Positions 37,388-49,314 of a stretch of 64,000 nucleotides of DNA are shown in pieces. Below the pieces are notes generated by a model. That model was not told where the DNA came from and made no database searches. It saw only the letters and a list, made by a program, of their open reading frames with translations. The stretch covers positions 4,402,001-4,466,000 of the forward strand of contig CM059432.1 in the NCBI GenBank assembly GCA_030390025.1, in the 5' to 3' direction. The number at the start of each line of letters is the position of its first letter. The first letter of the stretch is position 1. A program made the position numbers and the translations under genes. This DNA is from Squalus acanthias. Its lineage: Eukaryota.

Positions 37388-39040
37388 GGAAATAAGTTAA
37401 GGAAATGGAAGGGAGGGAGGAACTCAAGAAAATTACAATCACCAGGGAAGTTGTACTGAGCAAATTGTTGGAGCTGCGGGCTGACAAGTCCCCGGGTCCT
37501 GATGAACTTCATCCTAGGGTCTTAAAAGAAGTGGCCAGTGAGATAGTTGATGCGTTGGTTTTAAATTTCCAAAATTCCCTAGATTAGGGGAAGGTTCCAT
37601 TAGATTGGAAAATAGTGAATGTAACTCCTTTATTCAAAAAGGGAGGGAGACAGAAAGCAGGAAACTACAGGCCAGTTAGCTTAACATCTGTCATAGGGAA
37701 GATGTTAGAAGCTATTATTAAAGACGTTATAGCAGGGCATTTAGAAAAGTTCAAAGTAATCAGGCAGAGTCAACATGGTTTTGTGCAAGGGAAATCATGT
37801 TTAACCAATTTATTGGAGTTCTTTGAGGAAGTAACATGTGCTGTGGTTAAAGGGGAACCGGTGGATGTACTGTACTTAGATTTCCAGAAGGCATTTGATA
37901 AGGTGCCACATCAAAGGTTATTGCGGAAAATAAAAGCTCACGGTGTAGGGGGTAACATATTGGCACAGATAGAAGATTAGCTAGCTAACAGGAAACAGAG
38001 AGTAGGCTTAAATTGGTCATTTTCTGATTGGCAGGATGTAACGAGTGGTGTGCCACAGGGATCAGTGCTGGGGCCTCAACTTTTTACAATTTATATAAAT
38101 GACTTGGATGAAGGGACCGAAGGTATGGTTGCTAAATTTGCTGATGACACAAAGATAGGTAGGAAAGTAAATTGTGAAGAGGACATAAGGAGGCTACAAA
38201 GGGATATAAATAGGTTAAGTGAGTGGGCAAAGATCTGGCAAATGGAGTATAATATGGGAAAATGTGAAGTTGTCCATTTTGGCAGGAAGAATAAAAAAGA
38301 AGCATATTATCTAAATGGTGAGAGATTGCAGAGCTCTGAGATGCAGGGTGTCCTCGTGCATGAATCGCAAAAGGTTAGTATGCAGGTACAGCAAGTAATT
38401 AGGAAAGCTAATACAATGTTATCATTTATTGCAAGGGGAATTGAATACAAAAGTAGGGAGGTTATGCTTCAGTTATACAGGGTATTGGTGAGACCACATC
38501 TGGAGTACTGTGTACAGCATTGGTCTCCTTATTTAAGGAAGGATGTAAATGCATTGGAAGCAGTTCAGAGAAGGTTTACTAGACTAATACCTGGAATGGG
38601 TGGGTTGTCTTATGAGGAAAGGTTGGACAGGCTAGGCTTGCATCTGCTGGAGTTTAGAAGAGTAAGAGGTGACTTGATTGAAACATAGAAGATCCTGAGG
38701 GTCTTGACAGGGTGGATGTGGAGAGGATGTTTCCTCTTGTGGGAGAATCTAGAACTAGGGGTCACTGTTTAAAAATAAGGGGTCGCCCATTTAAGACAGA
38801 GATGAGGAGAAATTTTTTCTCACAGAAGGTCGTGAGTCTTTGGAACTCTCTTCCTCAGAGGGCGGTGGAAGCAGAGTCTTTGAATATTTTTAAGGCAGAG
38901 GTAGATAGATTCTTGATAAGCAAGGGGGTGAAAGGTTATCGGGGGTAGGCGGGAATGTGGAGTAACCGGATCAGCCATGATCTTATTGAATGGCGGAGCA
39001 GGCTCGAGGGGCCGAGTGGCCTATTCCTGCTCCTAATTCG
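37388..39040 (+). mobile_element. CR1 LINE, RT domain to 3' tail (with stops)
   Basis: KSPGPD, NYRPVSLTS, DFQKAFDKV, PQGSVLGP and KFADD motifs. Flanked by TATGTTAT at 37380-37387 and 39041-39048. Confidence 0.95.
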
Positions 39041-40637
39041 TATGTTATCCCTAGTAAGTACAACTACTCCCCCCCCTTTTTCCATCTCTATCTTTTCTAA
39101 ATATGTTATACCCTGCAATGTTTAATTCCCAGTCCTGATTTTTCTGTAGCCATGTCTCAGTAATCCCTACTATGTCTGGTTCCTCGCAACATATGATTGC
39201 CTCCAGCTCCCCTGTTTTATTACAGACACTGTGTGCATTGCTGTAGACAGTTTAACTCATTTTTAATAGCAGTTCCTCTCACTTTATGTTTAACCACCTT
39301 TTTAGACTCCTGTTCTATAACTCTATTTATTCCCTGGCCATCAATGTCCTCCCTTACTTTACTCTTTCCTATGCTCTCCTTTCCTGTTTTGTTTATATTT
39401 AATCTGGTTTCATTTCTTGTAGATCCCTCCACCCCCCCACCCCGCGCCCCATCTTAATAGTTTAAAGCCTTTGCCACTCCCCTATTTACCCTTTCCGCTA
39501 GGACACGGGTCCCATCCCAGTTCAGGTGGAGCCCGTCCCATCGGTACAGCTCCTTCCTGTCCCAGAACTGGTGCCAGTGTCCCATGAAAAGGAACCCCTC
39601 TTCCCCACACCAGCCCTTTAGCCACGTGTTAATTCTCCTGATCTGTCTGTTTCTATGCCAATTTGCACGTGGCTCAGGCAATAATCCAGAGATTATTACC
39701 CTCGAGGTCTTGCTTTTTAATTTAGCTCCTAACTCCTGATATTCTTTCAGCAGGACCTCCTCCCTGTTCCTACCTATGTCGTTTGTTCCAACATGGACCA
39801 CGACAACTGGATTTACACCTCGCTTTCCAGATTCCTCTCCAGCCGCCACGAGATATCCCTTAACCTGGCAACACACCCTTCAGGATTCTCTTTCTTGGCT
39901 GCAGAGGATGCTATCTATCCCCCTAATTATACAGTCCCCTATCACTACCACATTTCTATTCTGTTCTCCGCCCCCCCCCACCCCGCCCCACCGGACAGCC
40001 TTCTGAGCCATGGTGCCTTGGTCTGCATTGTGGCTGTCCTCCCTGCAGTCTTTCTCCTTGTCCTCACAGGTAGTGAGTACTTCGTACCTGTTGGACAGGG
40101 CCAGTGTCTGCGGGACCTCCTTCTCAACCGCTCCTAAATCCCTGCTACCCAGTGCCCTAACAGTCACACCCTCCCCTTCCTTATCCGGTGCTTTCCTCTG
40201 GGGTGTGACTGTATTCTGAATAAAACTATCCAGAAATTCCTCCCCCTCCCTCATGTTTCGGAGTGTCTCTAACTCGCACTCCAGCTCAATGAATCTGAGC
40301 CAGAGTGACTGAAGGCAGAGACATCTCCTGCAGATGTGGGAATCTGGAACAGTCTCACTGTCCACAGACTCCCACATACTACAGTCCCAACACATAGCCT
40401 GCCCTGCCATCTCTAGAGTTTATTATTTATTAGCTTATTTAATTAGTTAAAGTTTTTAATCAAACAATTATTTATAGTTATATTAATTAATTAGTATATC
40501 GCGTTAAGTTACTATTTAATAACATAATAGTTATAGTTCACCAGCACTTAATTTAAAGAAAAAAAACCTGTAATACTCACCAACCAATCACCTACCTGCT
40601 GTTCTGTGACGTCAATCCTTATTTTTTTTTAAATCAC

Positions 40638-40960
40638 CGCTCAGGCCCGCTGTGTCCTGGGCCTTCTCCTCTCCCGCTCAGGCCCGCTGTGTCCTGGGCC
40701 TTCTGCTCTCCCGCTCAGGTCCGCTGTGTCCTGGGCCTTCTCCTCCCCCGCTCAGGCCCGCGGTGTCCTGGGCCTTCTGCACTCCCGCTCAGGCCCGCTG
40801 TGTCCTGGGCCTTCTGCACTCCCGCTCAGGCCCGCTGTGTCCTCGGCCTTCTCCTCTCTCACTCAGGTCCGCTGTGTCCTGGGCCTTCTCCTCTCTCGCT
40901 CAGGGCTGCTGTGTCCTGGGCCTTCTCCTCTCCCGCTCAGGTCCGCTGTGTCCTCGGCCA
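40638..40960. repeat. 37-bp tandem repeat, about 9 units, at the CR1 5' end
   Basis: Unit CGCTCAGGCCCGCTGTGTCCTGGGCCTTCTCCTCTCC. ORF starts recur every 37 bp (40652, 40689, 40726). Confidence 0.92.
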
Positions 40961-41365
40961 TCTCCAGTCCTGCTCTTTCAATTGCTGCCGCCGCTCCCGC
41001 TCAGGTCCACTGTAAAGACTAGTCAGCTCGGATTTCAAAAGGGAAGGTCATGCTTGACCAACCTTATTGAATTCTTTGAAGAAGTAAAAGAAAGAGTAGA
41101 CAAGGGTAATGTAGTCGATGTAATATATTTGGATTTTCAAAAGGCCTTCGATAAGGAACCACATAGTAGACTCATGACTAAAATCAGAGCATATTGGATC
41201 AGGGCACAAGTAGTAGAATGGATAGCAAGCTGGCTACAAAATAGAAAACAGAGAGTAGGGGTTAAAGGTTGCTAAAGGGGGGCTAGGCCATGGAGGGATT
41301 TGAAAACAAGGATGAGAATTTTTTAAATTGAGGAATTGCTGGACCGGGAGCCTCCATGGCCTCAC

Positions 41366-41735
41366 CCCTCCCTGTCTCTGTAACCTCCTCCAGCCCTACA
41401 ACCCTCCCTGTCTCTGTAACCTCCTCCAGCCCTACAACCCTCCCTATCTCTGTAACCTCCTCCAGCCCTACAACCCTCCCTATCTCTGTAACCTCCTCCA
41501 GCCCTACAACCCTCCCTATCTCTGTAACCTCCTCCAGCCCTACAACCCTCCCTATCTCTGTAACCTCCTCCAGCCCCTACAACCCTCCCTATCTCTGTAA
41601 CCTCCTCCAGCCCTACAACCCTCCCTATCTCTGTAACCTCCTCCAGCCCTACAACCCTCCCTATCTCTGTAACCTCCTCCAGCCCTACAACCCTCCCTAT
41701 CTCTGTAACCTCCTCCAGCCCTACAACCCTCCCCA
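41366..41735. repeat. 36-bp minisatellite, about 10 units, expanded inside an L2 fragment (41350-42035, +)
   Basis: Unit CCTCCCTATCTCTGTAACCTCCTCCAGCCCTACAAC, present once in the other L2 copies. Confidence 0.95.
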
Positions 41736-42744
41736 TCTCTGCGCTCCTCCAATTCTGGTCTCTTGAGCATCCCCGATTTTAATCGCTCCACCATTGGCGG
41801 CCGTGTCTTCAGCTGCCTGGGCCCCAAGCTCTGGAATTCCCTCCCTAAACCTCTCTGCCTCGCTACCTCTCTCTCCTCCTTTAAGACGCTCCTTGAAACC
41901 TACCTCTTCACCTGTCCTCATATCTCCTTATGTGGCTCGGTGTCAAATTCTGTTTGATAATCGCTCCTGTGAAGTGCCCTGGGATGTTTTATTACATTAA
42001 AGGCGCTGTATAAATGTTGTTATTGTTGTTGTTGTGTCGGTGAAAGGAGACACTTCTGTGAAGTAGGTAAGTGGAGCTGATCCTTGCGTGTGCAGTCTGG
42101 AGCTCAGTGACCCCACAAGGGATCAGCTCCCATTTCACAATCTAGAGTGGCACTTCAAGGTTGCGCCTCCCAAACAAACGTGAAAATAAAACAGCTAGAC
42201 AGTTACACAGAATTTAACAGCACAGTAACAGGCCATTCGGCCCAACTGGTCCGTGCCGGTGTTCATGCTTCACACGGGTCTCCTCCCACCCCTCTTCATC
42301 TCACCCTATCAGCATACCCTTCTATTCCTTTCTCCCTCATGTGTTTATCTAGTTACCCCTTAAATGCATCTGTGCTATTTGCCTCAACCACTCCCTGTGT
42401 AGCGAGTTCCACATTCTCACCACTCTCTGGGTAAAGAAGCTTCTCCTGAATTCATTATTGGATTAATTAGTGATTTATCTTATATTTATGGCCCCTAGTT
42501 TTGGACTCTCCCCCACAAGTGGAAACTCCTTCTCTGTGTCTACCCTGTCGAACCCCTTCATAATTTTAGTAATGAATTATGAGCATTTGGACAGGGTAGA
42601 ACATAACGTACACCTGGTGGAACCATCAATGCTGCAGCAAATTCATAAAATGTAATCATAGAATAATAGAATGATACAGCACAGAAGGAGGCCAGTGGGC
42701 ACAGAGGGAGACAAAAGATGCATCGCCAATATTGAGCCCATGAC

Positions 42745-43644
42745 ACCAAACATGGGGGTGTGGCAAACAGTGATGATGATACCAATCGACTGCAACAGGA
42801 CATAGATAGGCTAGCAGAATGGGCAGACAAGTGGCAGATGGAATTTAATACAGAGAAGTGTGAGATGATGCATTTTGGCAGAAGGAACAGGGAGAGGCAA
42901 TATACACTTAATGGCACAGTTTTAAAGAGTGTGCAGGGACAGAGGGACCTGGGAGTTAATGTGCATAGGTCCCTGAAGGTGGCAGGACATATTGAGAGAG
43001 TCGTTAGCAAAGCATATGGGATCTTGGGCTTCATAAATAGAGGTATTGAGTACAAAAGTAGAGAAGTTATGCTGTACCTTTATAAAGCGCTGGTTAGGCC
43101 ACAACTTTATTGCGACCAGTTCTGGTCACCACACTTTAGGAAGGATGTGAAGGCTCTTGAGAGGGTGCAGAGGAGATTTAACAGAATGGTTCCGGGGATG
43201 GGGGATCTTAGCTACAAGGACAGGTTGGAGAAGCTGGATTTGTTTTCATTAGAGCAAAGGAGGTTGAGGGGTAGTTTGATAGAGGTGTACAAGATTATGG
43301 CGGGTTTGGATAGGCTAGACGGGGAAAGGCTGTTCCCACTAGTTGATGGTACAAGGACTAGGGGACACAGATTTAAGGTTTTGGGCAAGAGATACAGGGG
43401 GAACATGAGGAAAAACTTTTTTACGCAGCGAGTGGTGATGACCTGGAACTCGCTGCCGACGGAAGTGGTGGAAGCGGAGACACTCGATGTTTTCAAGGGG
43501 AGACTGGAGAGGCACTTGAGGGAAATAAACTTGCAGGGCTACGAGAATAGAGCGAGGGGAATGGGACTGACTGGATTGTTTTACAGAGAGCCGGCACGGA
43601 TTCGATGGGCCGAATGGTCTCCTTCTGTGCCGTTATGACTCTAT
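42745..43644 (+). mobile_element. CR1 LINE 3' fragment
   Basis: 292-aa ORF with the CR1 ORF2 C-terminus and a (TATGACTC)n tail. Confidence 0.93.
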
Positions 43645-44289
43645 GGGGGAGAAATTCAGTATCGCCCCATTTGGGGCGCAATTATCGGCCGGGCGCAAAG
43701 ATTAGCGCCTGGCACTAATTATCGCCACCGACTGCAAACTTGACTTTTATCGCCCCTGGAGGTGATTGGAGCGCTAAATCAGGCGCTTCACACCTGTCTT
43801 AAGGCGCAAAGGCCGAGGAGCGAGGCGCTACCTCAGAGCGCTGGCGAAGCTCATGTAATGTCAGTCAGCAATGGAACACACACACAATGGCACGGGCCAG
43901 TTCTTAGAGGGGATGGTTAATCTCACTTTCCATCCACATCCTGCTAATTGCAGCCTTGAATCTCGGTCTGGAGAGACCTGCACATCAAATCTGCTGGAAA
44001 GAACAATGGAGAGTACCAGGCAAAGAGCTCTGAGTGCAGCCCCCACATTCTCTTCTAAATCGATACAAGGAATGGCAAATCAAAATGAACTCAGTGCCCA
44101 AAACTCCTTCACACAACGTTGAAACTCTCCAGAAGTCTCTCTCTCTCTCTCTCTCAGAATGCGTAGTTCAAAAATGGCAACAACAATAAAAGGCAGGAAG
44201 CGGTCACCTTTAAATAGCGCTCCCCCTTTCCCTTCATGACAGAAGAACGCTGCGCTAACGGGAGGCGCAACCAACTGAATTTTTCCCCC
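43645..44289. mobile_element. PIF/Harbinger-type MITE, family B (internally deleted copy)
   Basis: TIR GGGGGAGAAATT vs GGGGGAAAAATT. TSD is TAT at 43642-43644 and 44290-44292. Confidence 0.92.
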
Positions 44290-44300
44290 TATGACTCTAT

Positions 44301-45193
44301 GGGGTAAAAATTCACTTGGTTGCGCCTCCCGTTAGCGCCTTAAGAGGGCGCTAATGGGGCGCAAAGCCGCTAACGCCCGTGCACAGCGATGTTTGCGCCG
44401 CTCGAGAACTTAACTTGAGATTGTGCGGCGGCGCTAAAACTTACCGCTGCGACCACCTGCGCGCGCAGATTGTGACGTCATTCCATGGTGCAATGCCCTT
44501 GTGGTGCCCCGGAGCGGAAATTGAGTGACGCCCCCTGCCTTACCGCCTGGCGCATCCAACGACCAGAAGACTGGAACGCTATCAATCGCTGTGGGGCTGG
44601 GGGGGGCGCTATTTAAAGGGGGTCTCTTCCCGGCTTTTATTGTTGGTGGCATTTTTGAACCACGCATTCTGAGAGAGAGAGGGAGAGACTTCTGGAGAGA
44701 TTCAACGTTGTGTGAAGGAGTTTTGGGTACTGAGCAGCACTTTGCAGGTTCATTTTGATTTGCCATTCCTTGTATCGATTTAGCAGAGACTGTGGGAGCT
44801 GCACTCTGAGCTCTTTGCCTGGTACTCTCCATTGTTCTTTCCAGCACATTTGATGTGCAAGTCTCTCCAGGCCGAGATTCAAGGCTGCAATGAACAGGAT
44901 GTGGATGGAAAGCAAGATTAACCATCCCCTTTAAGAACTGGCCCGTGCCATTGTGTGTGTGTTTCTTTGCTGACTGACATTACATGAGCTTCGCCAGCGC
45001 TCTGAGTTAGCGCCTCACTCCTTGGCCTTTGCGCCTTAAGACAGGTGTGCAGCGCCTGCTTTAGCGCTCCACTCACCTCCCGGGGCGGTAAAAGTGAAGT
45101 TTCCAGTCAGTGCCGATAATTAGCGCCAGGCGCTAATATTTGCGTCCAGACGATATTTGCGCCCCAAATGGGGTGCGACCTAATTTCTACCCC
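44301..45193. mobile_element. PIF/Harbinger-type MITE, family B, inverted relative to 43645-44289
   Basis: TIR GGGGTAAAAATT vs GGGGTAGAAATT. TSD is TAT at 44298-44300 and 45194-45196. Confidence 0.92.
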
Positions 45194-45415
45194 TATGTAA
45201 CAAAGTGCTGTATCATTCAAGCCAAATTAACTGATAGATTTTATTTTTTGGAGAAGTACCCGCTTCCAAGTAACCAAATTTTGTTTGTAATCAAGGATGC
45301 TGATTGAAGATCATGAAAGTTGACAGATTAAATTCAAGCCTATCATGATCTTTTGCAGTAACCATATTTGCAAGATATGATTTTCTAATTAAATATTACA
45401 TTTTCAAAAACCAGT

Positions 45416-46309
45416 GCGCCACATCTTGCAGGAGCAGGGCATCTCTCGACGTTCCCCATTAGTTAGGCTTTTTTCTGCACCCTTTAGCTCGAAAAACTTT
45501 TGCCCATGAGCTTGCTGGAAGTGCAAGGGCAACGGGACATCTGGGGCCTTGGTGAACGACAGGAGCAACTGTTTCCTGAACCAATGAGATTTAAAGATTG
45601 AGAAAAGACCTGAAGGAAAAAAAATTTGCAGGGCTAAGGGGAAAGAGCAGGGGGGGAGCGGGACTAGCTTGAAGTGCTCTTGCGGAGAGCCGGCACGGGC
45701 TCAACGGGCTGAGTAGCCTCCTACTGTGCTGCAACCATTCTATGATTCTACAAGAAACAGAGGAATGACAGAGAAGGAAATCGGGTGAATTAGAGTCAAA
45801 TTAGGTACAGGAAGAGAAATGAAGAGAGGGAAAGAAAGAGTGGATTAATTGAGAGAGAGAAAAAGAGGCAAAAAGGAAAAGTGATTAAAAAAAAATAAAA
45901 CTTTACATTTTAAAAATTTCTAAAAAAATAATTGACTACCTACAGGAATGAGACTGAACAGTTTAATATGTTCACTTTCTGGGCCGGAGGGGTTGATTGG
46001 CATTGCAGGAACAATTATCACATCATTAAAGGGTCCTTACGCTATTAATTATGTGCCCTAACTTTCTGCGGCGAGGTTAATGGGCAATTCAAGTGCTAAT
46101 CCAGCAAGTTCTTATAAATAACGGGGAGGTTGAGGGCGAGATGACCTTTGTGCGAAGCTAACGCGGAGCGAAGTGGATCGACAAGCAAGTTCTGGCGATT
46201 CACGATTCACGACAAATCTCTTCATCCCCTGAACTTGCTGGTTGATTTTGCACATTAATAACGGGGTGCGTCGCTAACGCCCTGTTATTTATCCAGGAAG
46301 ATCTGGCCT
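45416..46309. mobile_element. Older Harbinger-like MITE (family C) with a nested CR1 tail
   Basis: Degenerate TIR GCGCCACATCTT vs AGGCCAGATCTT. The body resembles 22150-22440 plus 23860-24110, and 13500-13660. Confidence 0.55.
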
Positions 46310-47234
46310 ATTATTTCACAGGCTGGTTCAACATATGTTCTAATCATCGGCTTTTGCGCTTCCCATCTAGTTTCTCGTCCACGTTCCTCATCTGAAGGTC
46401 TGGACTCATAAGATCATCAGAATTAGGAGCAGGAGTGGGCCAAACGACCCCTCGAGCCTGCTCCGCCATTCAATAAGATCATGGCTGATCTTTCGACCTC
46501 AACTCCACTTTCCCGCCCGATCCCCATATCCCTTGATTCCCCTAGCGTCCAAAAATCTATCTCAGTCTTGAATATACTCCACAGCACTCTGGGGTGGAGA
46601 ATTCCAAAGATTCACCACCCTCTGAGCCCTTGCTGTATCTGGTTCCACGGGTGTTAGCTTTTTCCACCTTGGCCTGAAAGATCGTTATTCATGGCAATGC
46701 GTGTTGGCGGATTATTCAATCAGTGAAGTCTGATTCCACTCTTGTCCATGCACTTGTACCTCCAGCAGTGATAAAATTCATGTCTAAAATCCCCAACTGT
46801 TTTTTTTTCCCCTCCTAACCCAGCAACCATGCAGATTGAGGTCAGATAACTCACCTCACACTAAGGATCAAAGCTAGGATCTTTCTTGTCCATTTGGGTT
46901 AATACTCACAGGATGAACTTAATAAGCCATCAGGAGAGCTTCAGTTTCTTTTATTTCAGTGCATTGTCTTTTGTTGTTATGGTAACAGTTTAGGTTGCTC
47001 TGAACTGTCAATCATAGAATCATAGAACTTTACAGCACAGAAGGAGGCCATTCGGCCCATTGTGTCTGTGCCGGTCAATATAATTATGGCATCTCAAACT
47101 TCCTAGGTATTGAACAGAGGGGGTTTATAGATAACGGTGTAGAGTTTCCGCTAGGGGCACAATCAGGAAATTGGGCACAAATTGTGCTCGAAATTGCACT
47201 GGTGAGGTTACAGTTAAAGCTTCCGCCCACACTC

Positions 47235-48720
47235 ACTTGCAAAGGGACAGAGGGACCTGGGAGTTAATGTGCATAGGTCCCTGAAGGTGGCAGGACATAT
47301 TGAGAGAGTTAGCAAAGCATATGGGATCTTGGGCTTCACAAATAGAGATATTGGCCCGAAAATTAGACCTAATACGCGAGAGTATGCACTGTGTACTCTC
47401 GCGTATTAGGTCCCGAATTGCCGGTTTCCTGCATGCACTGCGCATGCGCGGGAAACCGGCACTTCCTGTATTGCAAAGGGGGCGGTTCCTAAGTGAACCG
47501 CGTGCGCACTACAGGCTGTGCGCACACAGTGCACTTAGTTTTTTTTCAGGTTTGAACGCGCAGGTAAGTGGTGAAGATTTTACACATAAAGAAAGCAGGC
47601 GTAGGACCCCCTTTTAACAAGGTAAGTAGTTAATTAAGTGTTATTTTTAATTTTTTTCAACAGGTTTATCTTTTTTAGAGACTTTAAAGAAAGGTAAGTT
47701 TATTTTTATAACTTTTAAAAAGAATTTAAATTTTTTCAAAAATTTAATTTTTTGTTTAAAGTGGTTAATTTATTTAACTATAGTTATTTTATTAACGTGA
47801 TGGCTTTTTTTTAAATTTAATTGAGGTTTAGCTGTTCTTTTGGGGGCTTGTAGTATTCATAGCTTTGACAGCCCTTGCTGTCAAAACTATGAATGAAAGA
47901 TGGTGTGCTGCCATTGGCTCTAACTGTCCCATGTGATCCCAGAGCTCGCACGAACTAATTGCGCCTCTGGGACACGCAAGCACTGCACGCCGGCAACAGG
48001 GAGAGGCCCTCAAACTGAAGTTCGTGTGGGCCTGAAACAAAAAGGTAGGCGCGGAGTGCGATATCGCGGGGAATCCTTACCCCCGCGGCAACCATCGATG
48101 TTTAATTTCTGGGCCATTGAGTACAAAAGTAGAGAAGTTATGCTGAACCTTTATAAAGCGCTGGTTAGGCCACAACTGGAGTATTGCATCCAGTTCTGGT
48201 CACCACACTTCAGGAAGGATGTGAAGGCCCTCGAGAGGGTGCAGAGGAGATTTACCAGAACGGTTCCGGGGATGGGGGATCTTAGCTACAAGGACAGGTT
48301 GGAGAAGCTGGATTTGTTTTCATCAGAGCAAAGGAGGTTGAGGGGTGATTTGATAGAGGTGTACAAGATTATGACGGGTTTGGATAGGCTAGACGGGGAA
48401 AAGCTGTTCCCACTAGTTGATGGTACAAGGACTAGGGGACACAGATTTAAGGTTTTGGGCAAGAGATACAGGGGGGGATGTGAGAAAAAACTTTTTTTAC
48501 GCAGTGAGTGGTGAGGACCTGGAACTCGTTGCCGATGAAGTGGTGGAAGCGGAGACACTCAATGTTTTCAAGGGGAGACTGGATAGGCACTTGAGGGAAA
48601 TAAACTTGCAGGGCTACGGGGATAGAGCGGGGGAATGGGACTGACTGGATTGCTCGACAGAGAGCCGGCACGGACTCGATGGGCCGAATGGCCTCCTTCT
48701 GTTCCGTATGACTCTATGAT
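47235..48720 (+). mobile_element. CR1 LINE 3' fragment interrupted by a MITE
   Basis: Same subfamily as 42745-43644. Sequence rejoins as aatagagat-att-gagtacaaaagt. Confidence 0.9.
47353..48115. mobile_element. PIF/Harbinger-type MITE, family A
   Basis: TIR GGCCCGAAAATTA vs GGCCCAGAAATTA. TSD is ATT at 47350-47352 and 48116-48118. Confidence 0.9.
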
Positions 48721-48960
48721 TCACAAGCGTAAAATCTCCCATGAACCAGTGCAATCGAGCAGCGTAATAGAACGTGATTCTTTATTTTCTTTTCCTTGAT
48801 GTGTTTAAGAGGGGTAGCCTGGTGCGGTTTTATTCATACAACTGAAAATGGGTTCATCACAAAAAATAAGCATTTTTAATAAGAGTGACTTAGTCCTCCA
48901 CCCGTGAGTAAGCTGGTTTTAAATCACTGAAAATGGCTTTAATACAACTACACAGAATCT

Positions 48961-48996
48961 GTTCTGATGAAAGGTCATCGACCTGAAACGTTAACT
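48961..48996 (+). ncRNA. Hammerhead motif in a solo Penelope-like terminus (about 48955-49060)
   Basis: GTT-CTGATGA-A-AGGTC-ATC-GACCT-GAAA-C-GTT-AAC, with a perfect stem II. Confidence 0.7.
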
Positions 48997-49314
48997 CTCT
49001 TTCTCTCTCCACGGATGCTGCCTGGCCTGCTGAGTTTTTCCAGCGTTTTCTGTTGTTATTACACAGAATCATTCACTAGTTTCATTGCTGCACACTAGTC
49101 AGTTTCTTAGTTATTTAAAACAAATTTTAAACGTAAAATCTCTTCAAACGACTAGTGCCTGCGCGTCTAAAAAAAAGCGAACTTGATTTGAAGAGCCTCC
49201 TCGAAGGGCCGCAAGCTGTGCCCAATCAGCGGAAATTCACCATCCTCGTTATTTCGATCTGGGGGCACAGCCAGTTTTGAGGGTGGAGCTGGTTTCGGGC
49301 AAAAAACATTTTTA

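Larger units (their letters stand above)
37260..41012 (-). mobile_element. 5' half of a CR1 LINE (5' UTR repeats, ORF1 zinc finger and SGNH esterase, start of APE endonuclease), split by another CR1
   Basis: CWDCSMW...HICRRC, VVVIGDCII, VHVGTNDIG and DGLHLN motifs. Endonuclease start at about 39050-39300 continues at 37260-37387 (IESTWVEI). Confidence 0.88.

Noticed and set aside
34103..38688. RT ORFs as an active or novel reverse-transcriptase system
   Set aside because: They are ordinary CR1 ORF2 fragments, 5'-truncated with stops and frameshifts.
40638..41735. 36- and 37-bp repeat arrays as CRISPR arrays
   Set aside because: The units are head-to-tail with no unique spacers, there are no cas genes, and both arrays lie within LINE sequence in a vertebrate intron.
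41328..41827. Mucin-like or repetitive protein ORFs
   Set aside because: These are translations of the 36-bp L2-derived minisatellite.
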